A DNA stretch of 64,000 nt from a virus, in the IMG/VR virus record IMGVR_UViG_3300009008_000024, positions 1 through 64,000 of that record. One strand, 5' to 3'. A program made the position numbers and the translations under genes. Within the stretch, counting starts at the first letter, position 1. The number at the start of each line of letters is the position of its first letter. The notes beneath the pieces were generated by a model. It searched no databases. It saw only the letters and a list, made by a program, of their open reading frames with translations, and had not been told where the DNA came from. Of this stretch, positions 9,139-19,233 are shown one piece after another.

Positions 9139-11460
9139 ATGGCAGGCGGATTTGAAGCACTATATACACAAGACTTTTCTAGTACCAGTTCTATAACTGT
9201 AACGCACAACCTCGACAGAGTAATTTGTGCGGTAAGGGTTATAATAGGATCACTAGTGAGAAACGACCTTGTTGAGAGCGTTGTTCCATCTCCGGCAGAT
9301 CCCCGCAATGTGATTATTGTTACCCTGAAAGCATCCAACAACGGCACAATACAAATAATAGACTCTGATTATATTTGGGGCACACTGCCAACTCCAGAAG
9401 GTGCAGCAGCACTAGGAAATAACTTAAGCGGATCTACTTTCAGCGGATCTTTTTCGGGTTCATTTGCTGGCGATGGTTCTGCCCTAACAGGAATCACGGG
9501 TAGCGGCGGAGGAACACCTGGAGGAGCAGACACATACATCCAATTTAATTCCGGGAGTGCTTTTTCTGGTTCGCAAAACCTTACATTTGATTATTCTGGA
9601 AATTTATTATCTCTCACGGGCACATTAGATACGAATGGTACAATTTTGGCATCTTCTTTTTCAGGGGATGGTTCTGCAATAACAAATGCCCAAGTTAGTG
9701 GCAGCAACCTTTTGTGGGTAGATATCAGCGGTAGCGATACTACTGGCACAAGGGAGAGGTTTGATAAACCATATGCTTCTATAGGGGGTGCTTTATCATC
9801 GGCATCTGCCGGCGACGTTGTTGTTGTCCGACCAGGGACATATGAAGAATCTATAACTATGGTAGATGGTGTCTCTGTTGTCGGAATGGACCGAGATAGA
9901 TGTATACTGAAAAGATATTCAGGCGGATACGCAGTTACCATGGCAGACAATTGTGCTTTCGAGCACATGTCGATAGACATCAGTGCATCAAACGGGGTTT
10001 CGTTTGGCACCACCACTGGCGGGACATCTGCTATTAGGCATACTAGGATTACTGCTGCTGGGGGGAATGCATCTGGTATTACTATATCAGGCACCCCAGC
10101 TCCAGGTCAAAACTGGATTACCTGTGATCATGTGGACGTGGTTGGCAGCGGCCTTTCGAATGCATTTCTCCACAATTCTGCCGGCACTGTTAATCTAAGA
10201 GACTGTTTTGGATATGCTTTGGTCGGGTTGCAAGTCGCTAGCACATCTACGACAAGAGCACAAGATTGTAGGTTTTCCGGGTTTTCTGGATTATATATCA
10301 CTGATTCGACAGCAACTTTATATGTGGATCAGTCAACAAGATGGTCGTCTCTCGTCAATGCTGGCGGCGGCACACTTGCTTCGGATATGATTCACCTGCT
10401 AAGATCATCGGGTAACAACACCGAGTTACAACTCAACTCAGGTGGATATTTAAGTTCGTCGGCAGATCTAACATTTAGTAGCAGTCTTTTGGCGGTTACT
10501 GGAACTTTGAGTATTGATGGAAATGCCAATGCAAATAGGTTTGATGGTCTTTTTGTTGGAGATCTGACAGGAGATGTAACGGGGAGTGTCCTTGGCAATG
10601 TAACAGGCGACTTGGTTGGGACCTCATCATTTGCTGACGAAGCAGCAAAAGTATCAAATGCCCTTGCACAAGGACCGGGCATCGCGACCTTTTCTTACGA
10701 TGGTTCTTCGACAGCATTAGTAGGGATAGATAGTACTGTTGTGACACTAACAGGGGTTCAGACACTTTCTAATAAAATTGTGAGTGGAACATTTTCTGGA
10801 TCATTCATTGGCGACGGAACAGCATTATCTATTACGGAAACAGATACATTAGATGATGTGACAGGAAGGGGTAACACCACAACGAACAGCATTACTGTCA
10901 ATGGGATAACCTCTAACTCAAACATCATTCTAACTGGTGCTTTAGACGCGACAGGAGATATCGATAACGCCGGAACCTATAATGGCATCCAGCATTATAC
11001 CAGTTCGGCAACAGACCCAACTACACCAACTCCATCAGATGGGGACAGATATTACAATACGGCACTAGATATGGAAATGAGATATGACAATACAAGAGCA
11101 AAGTGGTTATCAGTAGAGTCTTCTGTAATGGAGTTTGGCAGGGACGGCAACACTGGTGGCGGATCATATTATAGAGGGCCAGGGAATAGGGCATATGCTT
11201 CCAATAGGGGAAGAACCGCTGAATTTGATGGGACAGTTGTTTCTATTTCTTATTCGAGAAATGATCTGGATGCTGCCACATTTGAGGTGACTGCTGATGG
11301 TTCTGGGATCGCAACCCTTGCATCATCAGCGAGGAACGGAAAAGATGTGACTCTTAACGGAAATTTTACAGCAGATCAGGTGTTAGCAATAAAAAATCAA
11401 ACTGGGTCCAATACAACTAGGCACGTTTTAGGGTGGGTAAGAATCAGGTGGAGGGCATAA
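9139..11460 (+). CDS. Fibre/spike-like structural protein with beta-helix domain, paralogous to the giant fibre
   Basis: Shares PGGADTYIQFNSGS, FSYDGSS and ETDTLDDVTGRGNTT modules with ORF 96; 'PYASIGGALSSASAGDVVVVRPGTYEE' beta-helix entry motif; purine-rich SD. Confidence 0.7.
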   Translation: MAGGFEALYTQDFSSTSSITVTHNLDRVICAVRVIIGSLVRNDLVESVVPSPADPRNVIIVTLKASNNGTIQIIDSDYIWGTLPTPEGAAALGNNLSGSTFSGSFSGSFAGDGSALTGITGSGGGTPGGADTYIQFNSGSAFSGSQNLTFDYSGNLLSLTGTLDTNGTILASSFSGDGSAITNAQVSGSNLLWVDISGSDTTGTRERFDKPYASIGGALSSASAGDVVVVRPGTYEESITMVDGVSVVGMDRDRCILKRYSGGYAVTMADNCAFEHMSIDISASNGVSFGTTTGGTSAIRHTRITAAGGNASGITISGTPAPGQNWITCDHVDVVGSGLSNAFLHNSAGTVNLRDCFGYALVGLQVASTSTTRAQDCRFSGFSGLYITDSTATLYVDQSTRWSSLVNAGGGTLASDMIHLLRSSGNNTELQLNSGGYLSSSADLTFSSSLLAVTGTLSIDGNANANRFDGLFVGDLTGDVTGSVLGNVTGDLVGTSSFADEAAKVSNALAQGPGIATFSYDGSSTALVGIDSTVVTLTGVQTLSNKIVSGTFSGSFIGDGTALSITETDTLDDVTGRGNTTTNSITVNGITSNSNIILTGALDATGDIDNAGTYNGIQHYTSSATDPTTPTPSDGDRYYNTALDMEMRYDNTRAKWLSVESSVMEFGRDGNTGGGSYYRGPGNRAYASNRGRTAEFDGTVVSISYSRNDLDAATFEVTADGSGIATLASSARNGKDVTLNGNFTADQVLAIKNQTGSNTTRHVLGWVRIRWRA

Positions 11461-11461
11461 C

Positions 11462-12781
11462 ATGGCAACAATTATTGTAGCAAAAAATCAAACAGGATCA
11501 CCACTAACACTTGAACAGTTGCCCATTCCTTCTGGCAGCCTACCCGCCTCTCCTGGCACAGTTACTCTCACAGACTACGCATCAGAGATGGAAATTCAAT
11601 CTGATAGTGAGTTGTCGACATATATTAATGCGGGTAGGGTATTGTTAGAAATTAATGGAATAACTCTTACACAGTCAGGATCAATTATGGCTGGAGAAAC
11701 ATTTGTTCCGATGTCTCCTCTTTTTGCCGACTTTTATGACGCTGGCACTTCAAATGTTGGAACGTCTGCTACGACATTAGGACTTGACACCATACGACAA
11801 AGTAATACTGGGTCTTTTGGAACAGCATTTGCTTTGTCTAGCGACCAAGTTACTATCCAGGCTAATGCTGGCGGCACTTATGTGGTTCGATATGATGTGA
11901 CATTTGGAGAAACCGGCGGCGATAACAGAAAGTGCGAGCTATGGCTTGAGTTAAATAGTTCTGAGGTTCCCGCAACTCGTGCAGAGGTCCAATATTGGAC
12001 AGAACACGGAGCGGAAGACAACGGCACTGCTGGTCGGACTGCTATTCTCACATTGGAACCCACGGATGTCCTTCGTGTTCGTGGCCAAGTAACGGATGGA
12101 GCTCCCAACTACACTACTGTTGCAGGTGGGGTGGGATTGGCTATATATGCTATCGGGTCTAATGGTATTATTGGTCCTGCGGGGAGCGACGGTGCTCAAG
12201 GACCATCGGGATCCGGCACCACGATCACTGTTGAGGATGAAGGCACTAACATTCCAAACACACCGCACACTAATTTGAACTTTGTAGGTGCTGGGGTCAC
12301 GGCAGCAGATGGCGGAAGTGGGGTAGCAACTATAACTATTCCTGGTGGTGGAGGGACGACAAACATCGCCCAGTATAGACAAACGGGAAACCTAACCATC
12401 GCCACAAGTGCGACAACGGTGGTTCTCAATGCGAACGACTTTGAAGACTCTAATTATACTCGTTCGGGTGAAAATGTCACCATCAACACTGCTGGGATAT
12501 ATCGGATAAGTTATAGTATATTTTTCGACACCACAGCTAACGCCAGGCGGACTTGTGATGGCTGGGTCGAGCAGAATACTACCGAAATAGTACCATCTCG
12601 TGCTAGTGGATATACTCGTAACAATACCGACGACACTGCTAGTTTATCTGCCACATTCTTAGTTCAACTTGCCGCCACTGATGTTGTTCGTCTACGCTGC
12701 CAATCTACTGGCACGAACGGTACAGCACAAGGTGTAGGCAATAGAATGTGGATTACACTTGAATTTGTGAGGGCTCCATAA
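11462..12781 (+). CDS. Fibre/decoration protein with two C1q/TNF-like beta-sandwich domains and a short collagen-like linker
   Basis: Two 'VTI...G.Y...Y.V.F....L..TDV.R.R' domains separated by GPAGSDGAQGPSG. Confidence 0.6.
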   Translation: MATIIVAKNQTGSPLTLEQLPIPSGSLPASPGTVTLTDYASEMEIQSDSELSTYINAGRVLLEINGITLTQSGSIMAGETFVPMSPLFADFYDAGTSNVGTSATTLGLDTIRQSNTGSFGTAFALSSDQVTIQANAGGTYVVRYDVTFGETGGDNRKCELWLELNSSEVPATRAEVQYWTEHGAEDNGTAGRTAILTLEPTDVLRVRGQVTDGAPNYTTVAGGVGLAIYAIGSNGIIGPAGSDGAQGPSGSGTTITVEDEGTNIPNTPHTNLNFVGAGVTAADGGSGVATITIPGGGGTTNIAQYRQTGNLTIATSATTVVLNANDFEDSNYTRSGENVTINTAGIYRISYSIFFDTTANARRTCDGWVEQNTTEIVPSRASGYTRNNTDDTASLSATFLVQLAATDVVRLRCQSTGTNGTAQGVGNRMWITLEFVRAP

Positions 12782-12939
12782 TGGCTACTAAAATGTTATT
12801 TCTTTGTTCGTGTGGAGAATCGTTTGAAATTGACGATTCTACTGGAATGACGGATCATATCGATGCCAATATCACCCATACTGTCTCAGAGGAGTATGTT
12901 CATGCTTCTGTTGTTGCTTCTGCCTCTGGTAGTCAGTAG
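12781..12939 (+). CDS. Small 52-aa protein with a C2H2-like Zn-binding pattern (not in the ORF track)
   Basis: TAATG stop/start overlap with the upstream gene; MATKMLFLCSCGESF...DH......H. Confidence 0.55.
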   Translation: MATKMLFLCSCGESFEIDDSTGMTDHIDANITHTVSEEYVHASVVASASGSQ

Positions 12940-13007
12940 CAAGAGTGACTAGTTTTGGGACTGATTGTGGATAATAGGTAATAAACATAGATTTTAGCAT
13001 TTTTAAT

Positions 13008-13017
13008 AACTATTTAT
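13008..13017 (+). promoter_or_regulatory. Putative late promoter (scaffold/MCP)
   Basis: AACTATTTAT. Confidence 0.75.
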
Positions 13018-13052
13018 TGGGAGAAAGATCTTTGAGAAAGAAGGAGACATAT

Positions 13053-14375
13053 ATGTCATCGAACAACATGTTAAAGCAGGCAATTATTGACGCCACCACA
13101 TTGCGCGAAGTTGCATTGAAAAATGCGGAGGCAATTGTGGTAGAAAAATACTCTGATCAAATAAAAGAAGCGGTAGATACTATGCTGGAGCAGGAAGAGG
13201 AAGAATTACTCCCAGAAGATCCCATGGCAGATCCCATGGATGACCTCGCAGGCGAAGAATCCCTTCCAGTTTCTCGGGTTGGATCGACAGAGGAAGAGCC
13301 AGGATCGGAATTGGTTTCGCAAACGACTCTTGCGGCAACAGATGGCGAGCGGTTGTGTCCATGCCCCGATGACGGCGCCACGATTGAGATTGACTTTGGC
13401 GGACTTCAAGACATGATGAAGAAATTAGAAGATGATGAGGAGATGCCATCTTTAGCGGGCGAAGAGGAGGCGATGCCAGGACTAACTCCAGAAGATGCTC
13501 TCCCGGAAGACGAGGAATTACCCCTACAGGAGTCCGCGGAGGAAGAGGACGAAGAGATCATGTTAGAACTAAGCGACTTGCTGGGCGAAGACTTTTTTAG
13601 CGATTCAGGCGAAGAAGAAGGCGCCGAAGCAGAGGAAGAAGGCGCCGAAGCGCTTTCTGCAATTGCTGAAAAAACTCAAGTGGCAGTGGCAGATTTTTCG
13701 GATGAACCTATAGAGATTGTGGGCAAGCCTCTGGCCAAAAAGAAGTCTAAAAAGAAGTCTAAAAAGAAGAGCGCCTCTGCTGGATTGGGAAAAAAGAAAG
13801 ATCGCGAAGTTCCTCAAGTGCCCGCGCCAAAAGATCCACCGCGCGCGCATATGAAGAACAGGGATAAATCAAAAGACTTGACGCCAGCACAGCAGCAATA
13901 TGCACGTCAAATGGGAAAGATAAAGGAGAGTGCATCGCAGGACGATAAGATCCTAAAGGAGAACTTGGTCCTCTCGAAAGCAAACTCCAAGGCGTTACAG
14001 GAAAACAAACAACTCGCAAAAGAAAACAAAGAGATTAAGAGTCTCTTGGTAAAACTTTCAGGCAAATTGGAAGAAGTGAATCTTTCAAATGCTAAACTAA
14101 TTTATACGAATCAGGTTCTTAATGGTGCCTCCTTGAATGAGCGACAAAAACAACGTATTGTCGAATCTATTAAAAGTGCCGATTCAGTCGAAGCAGCGAA
14201 GTCTATTTTTGAGACACTTCAAAGCGCAGTGGGGTCATCTCTTGGTTCAAGAAATGATTCGCAATCACTAAGCGAAGCAATCTCTAGGGGTAGTGCTACG
14301 ACGTTGAGACAAAAGAAAAAACAAACAAAGCAAGATCCTCATATGCAACGTATGAAGAAACTTGCAGGCATTTAA
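13053..14375 (+). CDS. Prohead scaffolding/core protein
   Basis: Acidic and coiled-coil, directly upstream of the MCP; many (L/I)xE sites; C-terminal RMKKLAGI; AAGGAG SD before ATG 13053. Confidence 0.7.
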   Translation: MSSNNMLKQAIIDATTLREVALKNAEAIVVEKYSDQIKEAVDTMLEQEEEELLPEDPMADPMDDLAGEESLPVSRVGSTEEEPGSELVSQTTLAATDGERLCPCPDDGATIEIDFGGLQDMMKKLEDDEEMPSLAGEEEAMPGLTPEDALPEDEELPLQESAEEEDEEIMLELSDLLGEDFFSDSGEEEGAEAEEEGAEALSAIAEKTQVAVADFSDEPIEIVGKPLAKKKSKKKSKKKSASAGLGKKKDREVPQVPAPKDPPRAHMKNRDKSKDLTPAQQQYARQMGKIKESASQDDKILKENLVLSKANSKALQENKQLAKENKEIKSLLVKLSGKLEEVNLSNAKLIYTNQVLNGASLNERQKQRIVESIKSADSVEAAKSIFETLQSAVGSSLGSRNDSQSLSEAISRGSATTLRQKKKQTKQDPHMQRMKKLAGI

Positions 14376-14397
14376 TTCATTTAAGGAGGAAAAAACA

Positions 14398-16092
14398 ATG
14401 TCTATTTTAGAAAAATTGACTGAAGGGATCGTTAGTCGAGACCTCAGTCGGGAGAATCATGCTCTTCTCGATAAGTGGGAAAAGACTGGTCTCTTAGAAG
14501 GATTGGAGGACGAGGGCAAGCGCAATAGCATGGCGGTTCTTCTCGAAAACCAAGCAAAAGAGCTTCTTCGAGAAGCATCAACCATGGCAGGTGCCACCGG
14601 CGGAAACGTCGAAGGTTTTGCTGCTGTAGCATTTCCAATTGTTCGTCGCGTTTTCGCGGGGTTAATTGCTAATGACTTAGTGTCGGTTCAGCCGATGAGT
14701 TTGCCTAGCGGACTTATCTTCTTCCTGGACTTCACTTTGGGCATGACTGATGGCACGACCACTAGGTTGGGTCAAGATCTCGATGACTCACTTTACGGTG
14801 GTGGCGTAGTTGCGTCTCAACTCACCGGAGGTGTTTCGTTGACAGGCGATAATGTCAGCAAGTCGTTCTATAACCTTAACAACGGGTATTCGTCTCCAAC
14901 GGGGTCTGTTACGGGCATCGCCCTCACTGATCTTACGTCGGGATCTGCTGGCGATCAGGGAGTAATTGATGGTCTCATCAACTATGATCCGGATATTGCT
15001 TCTGGTACTTCGGTTTATGTTGGTTCGCTCGCACTTGATGATCTGACACAATTGAATCGTGAAGATTTGATTTCGGTGACCATTGGGGCCGGATCTATTC
15101 CGCTTGGACGACAAGCGCGACGTTTGACTGTTCTGAGCGGTACTGCTGGGACTGACATTTTGGTCGTTATTGCTGCTAGTGGTTCGGAAACCCCGGACGA
15201 CTTAAATACAATCGGCGCTACTGTTGATGTCACGTATGTCGAGACTGACAACTTCCGAACTGGCGGAGCAATTGGTTCCGTTGAGGGTGTTGATAACTGG
15301 GGATTGGAAAATAATCCAAACATTCCAGAAATCGACATCAAGGTTGACAGTGTTGCTGTGACTGCAAACACCAAGAAGTTGAAAGCAAAGTGGACTCCCG
15401 AATTGGGACAAGACTTGAATGCTTATCATAATCTTGATGCAGAGGTCGAGTTGACTAGTATCCTGTCTGAGCAAATTGCTCTTGAAATTGACCAAGAAAT
15501 CTTGGAAGATTTGGTAAAGGGTGCGAAGGCTGGTCAATACTACTGGAGTCGCCGTCCTGGTCGATTCTTGGTCCGAGATACCGGCGCCGCAATTAGCACT
15601 GATGCTAACGAAGCGTTGCTTGGTGGAGACTTTACTGGTAATGTGTCGGAGTGGTACGAGACTCTTCTCGAAACCATTAATGACGTATCTGCTCAGATTC
15701 ATCGTAAGACGCTTCGAGGCGGAGCAAACTTTTTGGTTTGTGGTCCAGAAGTATCTAACATTCTTGAATTCACTGCTGGGTTTAAAGCTCGCGTGACTCA
15801 CGATGATGATAAGGGCAATGCTGGTGCGGTCAATGTTGGTAATATTTCTAAGAAGTGGGATGTCTTTGTTGACCCCTATTTCCCGCGAAATGTTATTTTG
15901 GTTGGACGTAAGGGATCTTCTTTCTTGGAAAGCGGATATGTTTACGCGCCTTATGTGCCACTCCAAACGACCCCCACGATCTTCGGCATTGAAGATTTCG
16001 TGCCCCGCAAGGGTGTCATGACGCGATATGCCAAGAAAATGGTGCGTCCTGATATGTACGGGTTGGTTATCGTCGAAGACTTGCTGGGTTAA
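14398..16092 (+). CDS. gp23: Major capsid protein, T4 gp23-like
   Basis: LLENQ, P.VRRVF...IANDLVSVQPM..PSGLIF, KLKAKWT.EL.QDL.AYH.LDAE.EL..ILSE.IALEIDQE, YAPYVPL, PRKGVMTRY; AGGAGG SD before ATG 14398. Confidence 0.95.
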   Translation: MSILEKLTEGIVSRDLSRENHALLDKWEKTGLLEGLEDEGKRNSMAVLLENQAKELLREASTMAGATGGNVEGFAAVAFPIVRRVFAGLIANDLVSVQPMSLPSGLIFFLDFTLGMTDGTTTRLGQDLDDSLYGGGVVASQLTGGVSLTGDNVSKSFYNLNNGYSSPTGSVTGIALTDLTSGSAGDQGVIDGLINYDPDIASGTSVYVGSLALDDLTQLNREDLISVTIGAGSIPLGRQARRLTVLSGTAGTDILVVIAASGSETPDDLNTIGATVDVTYVETDNFRTGGAIGSVEGVDNWGLENNPNIPEIDIKVDSVAVTANTKKLKAKWTPELGQDLNAYHNLDAEVELTSILSEQIALEIDQEILEDLVKGAKAGQYYWSRRPGRFLVRDTGAAISTDANEALLGGDFTGNVSEWYETLLETINDVSAQIHRKTLRGGANFLVCGPEVSNILEFTAGFKARVTHDDDKGNAGAVNVGNISKKWDVFVDPYFPRNVILVGRKGSSFLESGYVYAPYVPLQTTPTIFGIEDFVPRKGVMTRYAKKMVRPDMYGLVIVEDLLG

Positions 16093-16116
16093 TCCTTTCT
16101 AGTCTAAAAAATAACT

Positions 16117-16163
16117 GAAAGAAAAGAGTCTTCATAATGTTTATGGAGGCTCTTTCTTTTTTT
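16117..16163 (+). terminator. Intrinsic terminator after the major capsid gene
   Basis: AAAGAGTCTTCATAA-tgt-TTATGGAGGCTCTTT followed by a T tract. Confidence 0.8.
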
Positions 16164-16167
16164 GAAA

Positions 16168-16177
16168 AACTAATTAT
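16168..16177 (+). promoter_or_regulatory. Putative late promoter (neck genes)
   Basis: AACTAATTAT right after a terminator. Confidence 0.75.
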
Positions 16178-16208
16178 CTTGTATACTATATAAAGCGGAG
16201 GAAATAAT

Positions 16209-17462
16209 GTGGCAGTTCCTGTCTTATCGCCGAGTTCAAATTCTAGTTTAGTTGTCTTACCGCCAACGGGATCTAAGTCTCTGGTTACGGGGTCGTTGCC
16301 ATTTGGCGTATATACTGGCGCAGATTTTATTTCAGGCGCCGTAGACCAAGTATCATATGTTTACCGTAAACTTGGCGGCGAAGTATTAGATATAGAGTTG
16401 ACTGCAAATCAAGTTTATGCTGCCTATGAAGAAGCAGTTCTTGAGTATTCGTACATCGTCAACGTACATCAAACAAAGAATTCTCTGTCGGATCTCTTGG
16501 GGAATCCTACTGGAACTTTTGATAGTGATGGGGAATTACAGTCGGGTAATCTCACCACTTCATTGAGTGGCACCGGCGCCGAATTGCGATATCCTAAATT
16601 TAACTTCTCTTACGAAAAGAGAGTTGCTATGGGGATTTCTGAGAAAGCAGGGGTGGGAGGAGATAACCGCTTCTATACTGCCTCTTTCGATGTGACAAAG
16701 GATGTGCAAGATTACGATTTGCAGGCGATTGTATCTGCTAGTAGTGATGCGGTTTTTGACTTCGATAAAGACAAGAAAGTTAATATTACGAAAGTGTGGT
16801 ATAAGTCCCCACGTGTCATGTGGAGGTTCTATGGTTATTATGGTGGAATAAACGCCGTAGGTAATATGTCAACTTACGGACAGTACGCAGATGACAGCAC
16901 TTGGCAAGTTGTCCCAGTTTGGCAAAATAAACTTCAAGCAATGGCGTATGAAGACGCCATGTATACAAGAATTTCACACTACTCTTTCGATATAAGAGAT
17001 AACAGGTTGCGCCTATTTCCGACCCCTTCTGGTGTCGATTTCAGCAAAGTTTGGTTTGAGTTTACAGTAGACGAAGATCCTCTCCTAGATAAGGCAGGGA
17101 TGGATACCGGCGCCAAGGGCGTAAACAATATGAATACTGCCCCTTTTGCAAATATTCCTTATAATAATATAAATTCTATCGGGAAGCAATGGATCAGGAG
17201 GTTTGCCCTTTCTGTCTGTAAGGAGATGTTGGGGGTGATCCGCAGCAAGTTCGCCACAATCCCAATACCGGGCGAATCCGTCACTTTAGATGGTCCCGCA
17301 TTGATAGCATCCTCTAAGGAGGAGCAAACCGCGCTGAGGGATGAGTTGAAGACGGTGCTAGATGAATTGACCTATGCAAAACTTGCGGAGAAGGATTCTG
17401 CAATTGCGGGCAACACAGAAACGCTATTGTCAAAAATACCTCTTGCTATATATCCAGGATAA
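16209..17462 (+). CDS. Neck/head-tail adaptor protein (gp13-like)
   Basis: Position after the MCP; 'RKLG..VLDIEL...Q' and 'WIRRFAL...KEMLG.IRSKF..IP.PG..VTLDG' patterns typical of T4-like neck proteins. Confidence 0.7.
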   Translation: MAVPVLSPSSNSSLVVLPPTGSKSLVTGSLPFGVYTGADFISGAVDQVSYVYRKLGGEVLDIELTANQVYAAYEEAVLEYSYIVNVHQTKNSLSDLLGNPTGTFDSDGELQSGNLTTSLSGTGAELRYPKFNFSYEKRVAMGISEKAGVGGDNRFYTASFDVTKDVQDYDLQAIVSASSDAVFDFDKDKKVNITKVWYKSPRVMWRFYGYYGGINAVGNMSTYGQYADDSTWQVVPVWQNKLQAMAYEDAMYTRISHYSFDIRDNRLRLFPTPSGVDFSKVWFEFTVDEDPLLDKAGMDTGAKGVNNMNTAPFANIPYNNINSIGKQWIRRFALSVCKEMLGVIRSKFATIPIPGESVTLDGPALIASSKEEQTALRDELKTVLDELTYAKLAEKDSAIAGNTETLLSKIPLAIYPG

Positions 17463-17475
17463 GGGGGAGAGGTAG

Positions 17476-18270
17476 ATGGCAGACGAGAACATAACTTGGA
17501 CACAACCAACGAATCCGCCGCCTCCCCTCTTTATGGGAGGCAAAGAGCGTGATTTTGTAAAGCAGGTTAACGACGAACTTATTGAGCGCGTGATAGGGCA
17601 AACGATTTTGTACTATCCAGTAAGTCTCAAGCATACCAACTATCACTCTCTCTACGGCGAGGCGATTCACAAGAGTTTTTTGTCTCCTGTAAAAGTCAAT
17701 GCCCTTATTTCGTGGGAAGGTCAAACGACCAAGACTACAAACTATGGAATTGATAGGCGCTCGTCTTTGACCATTCATTTTCACAAGAGAAGGTTAACAG
17801 AGGATCAAGATTTGCAGGTTCAAGAGGGGGATTTTATATTATATGGAAGGTTATTTTATGAGATTGTTTCACTAAACGAACCACAACCACTGTTCGGGCA
17901 AATAGACCATCAAATGGAAATCGCTGCCAAATGTATTCGTGCTCGCGATGGAGTTTTCGAAGAAGCGCCTCTACCAGAAGTGTCAATCACTAAATATCAA
18001 TTAGCGCAGGATCGTGTAGAGAACGTGTGTGTTCTCACTATTCCGGACGATTGTAAAATTTGCGTTCCAAAACTTTCCGCTGCTGATGTAGATTCTTTAG
18101 ACTATAGGACGTTGGAGGAGTTCACGTCAGATCCGTGTAAGTATGAGGGATATCAGTTTTACCTAACTGATGCGGGACCATCCCCGGTTGGTGCTTTTAC
18201 CATCTCGAACAAGTGGTATTTCAATGAAAAGTGTGTTTGGTATCCAAGTCCATTTTTTAGTACGCCTTAA
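17476..18270 (+). CDS. Head closure/neck protein (gp14-like) with Cys-containing C-terminal extension
   Basis: Synteny; 'E.IE..G..ILYY......LYGE' and 'EGDFI......YEI' patterns. Confidence 0.6.
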   Translation: MADENITWTQPTNPPPPLFMGGKERDFVKQVNDELIERVIGQTILYYPVSLKHTNYHSLYGEAIHKSFLSPVKVNALISWEGQTTKTTNYGIDRRSSLTIHFHKRRLTEDQDLQVQEGDFILYGRLFYEIVSLNEPQPLFGQIDHQMEIAAKCIRARDGVFEEAPLPEVSITKYQLAQDRVENVCVLTIPDDCKICVPKLSAADVDSLDYRTLEEFTSDPCKYEGYQFYLTDAGPSPVGAFTISNKWYFNEKCVWYPSPFFSTP

Positions 18271-18284
18271 GGAGGAGGAAGGAA

Positions 18285-19121
18285 ATGGCAGATAAAGAAA
18301 CTATCATTAATTTGCAACCATCGAATTTAGAAAACATTGATTTGGCAATGTTTAACTGGATTAATGAAAAATTAAATATTTTTTCGAATTCGAATAGGGG
18401 GTGGGAAAAGGTACCAGTTCTTTGGACCTCTGCCGAGCGTGCATTTCAATCTAAGAGGGATAAGAGTTTGCGCGATAAGGAGGGCGCCCTTATACTTCCA
18501 CTCATAACCGTGGAAAGAATTTCAGTGGAAAAAGATTTGTCCTTCAAGGGATCACTTCAGTCCAATATTTTTCCCATCAATGACGCGAAAGGGGGTTCGG
18601 TTGATTTGGATCGCGTCATCAATCAGACTAAGACAAAGAATTTTCAAAACGCGGACGCAAAAAGAAATTATGGTCAGATAAATTTCAAAGTCGCAAAAAA
18701 GAATAATAGAGTTGTTTACACTTATCGCTCTATTCCGATGCCTGTATATGTGACAGTGATGTATAAGATTATGTTGCGCGCCGAATATCAACAACAGATA
18801 AATGAGTTGTCTCAACCTTTCATGGTTGCAACCGGAGGCATTAACGCCTTTATAATGAGGGAAGCGGGACATCGGTATGAAGGATTTATGCAGAAATCAT
18901 ATGGTCAAGATGATAGTGTGGCGAACATGGAAGAAGAAGAGCGCATGTATCAAACGTCTGTTGAGATAAAAGTTTTAGGGTATCTTATAGGCGGAGCAGA
19001 TAATCAGAAAACGCCACAGATTGTTGAAAGGGAAAATGCCGTTGAAGTGAAACTCCCCAGAGAGCGCGTTATTGTTGGGGACACGCCCCCATGGGCAAAC
19101 GGAAAGTATCTTCCCCTCTAA
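18285..19121 (+). CDS. Tail terminator/sheath stabiliser (gp15-like)
   Basis: Synteny immediately before the sheath; 'VPV.W...ER...ILP.I...R' and 'MPVYV...Y' patterns. Confidence 0.6.
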   Translation: MADKETIINLQPSNLENIDLAMFNWINEKLNIFSNSNRGWEKVPVLWTSAERAFQSKRDKSLRDKEGALILPLITVERISVEKDLSFKGSLQSNIFPINDAKGGSVDLDRVINQTKTKNFQNADAKRNYGQINFKVAKKNNRVVYTYRSIPMPVYVTVMYKIMLRAEYQQQINELSQPFMVATGGINAFIMREAGHRYEGFMQKSYGQDDSVANMEEEERMYQTSVEIKVLGYLIGGADNQKTPQIVERENAVEVKLPRERVIVGDTPPWANGKYLPL

Positions 19122-19160
19122 AATTCTCTATAGAATAAAACAGCATTTGCAATTTTTTAA

Positions 19161-19170
19161 AACTATTTAC
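19161..19170 (+). promoter_or_regulatory. Putative late promoter (sheath)
   Basis: AACTATTTAC. Confidence 0.75.
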
Positions 19171-19233
19171 AAGAAGGAAAAACTAAGTTACGATTTAAGA
19201 TAATTAGGATTTTAATAAGGAGAGCACCGCACT

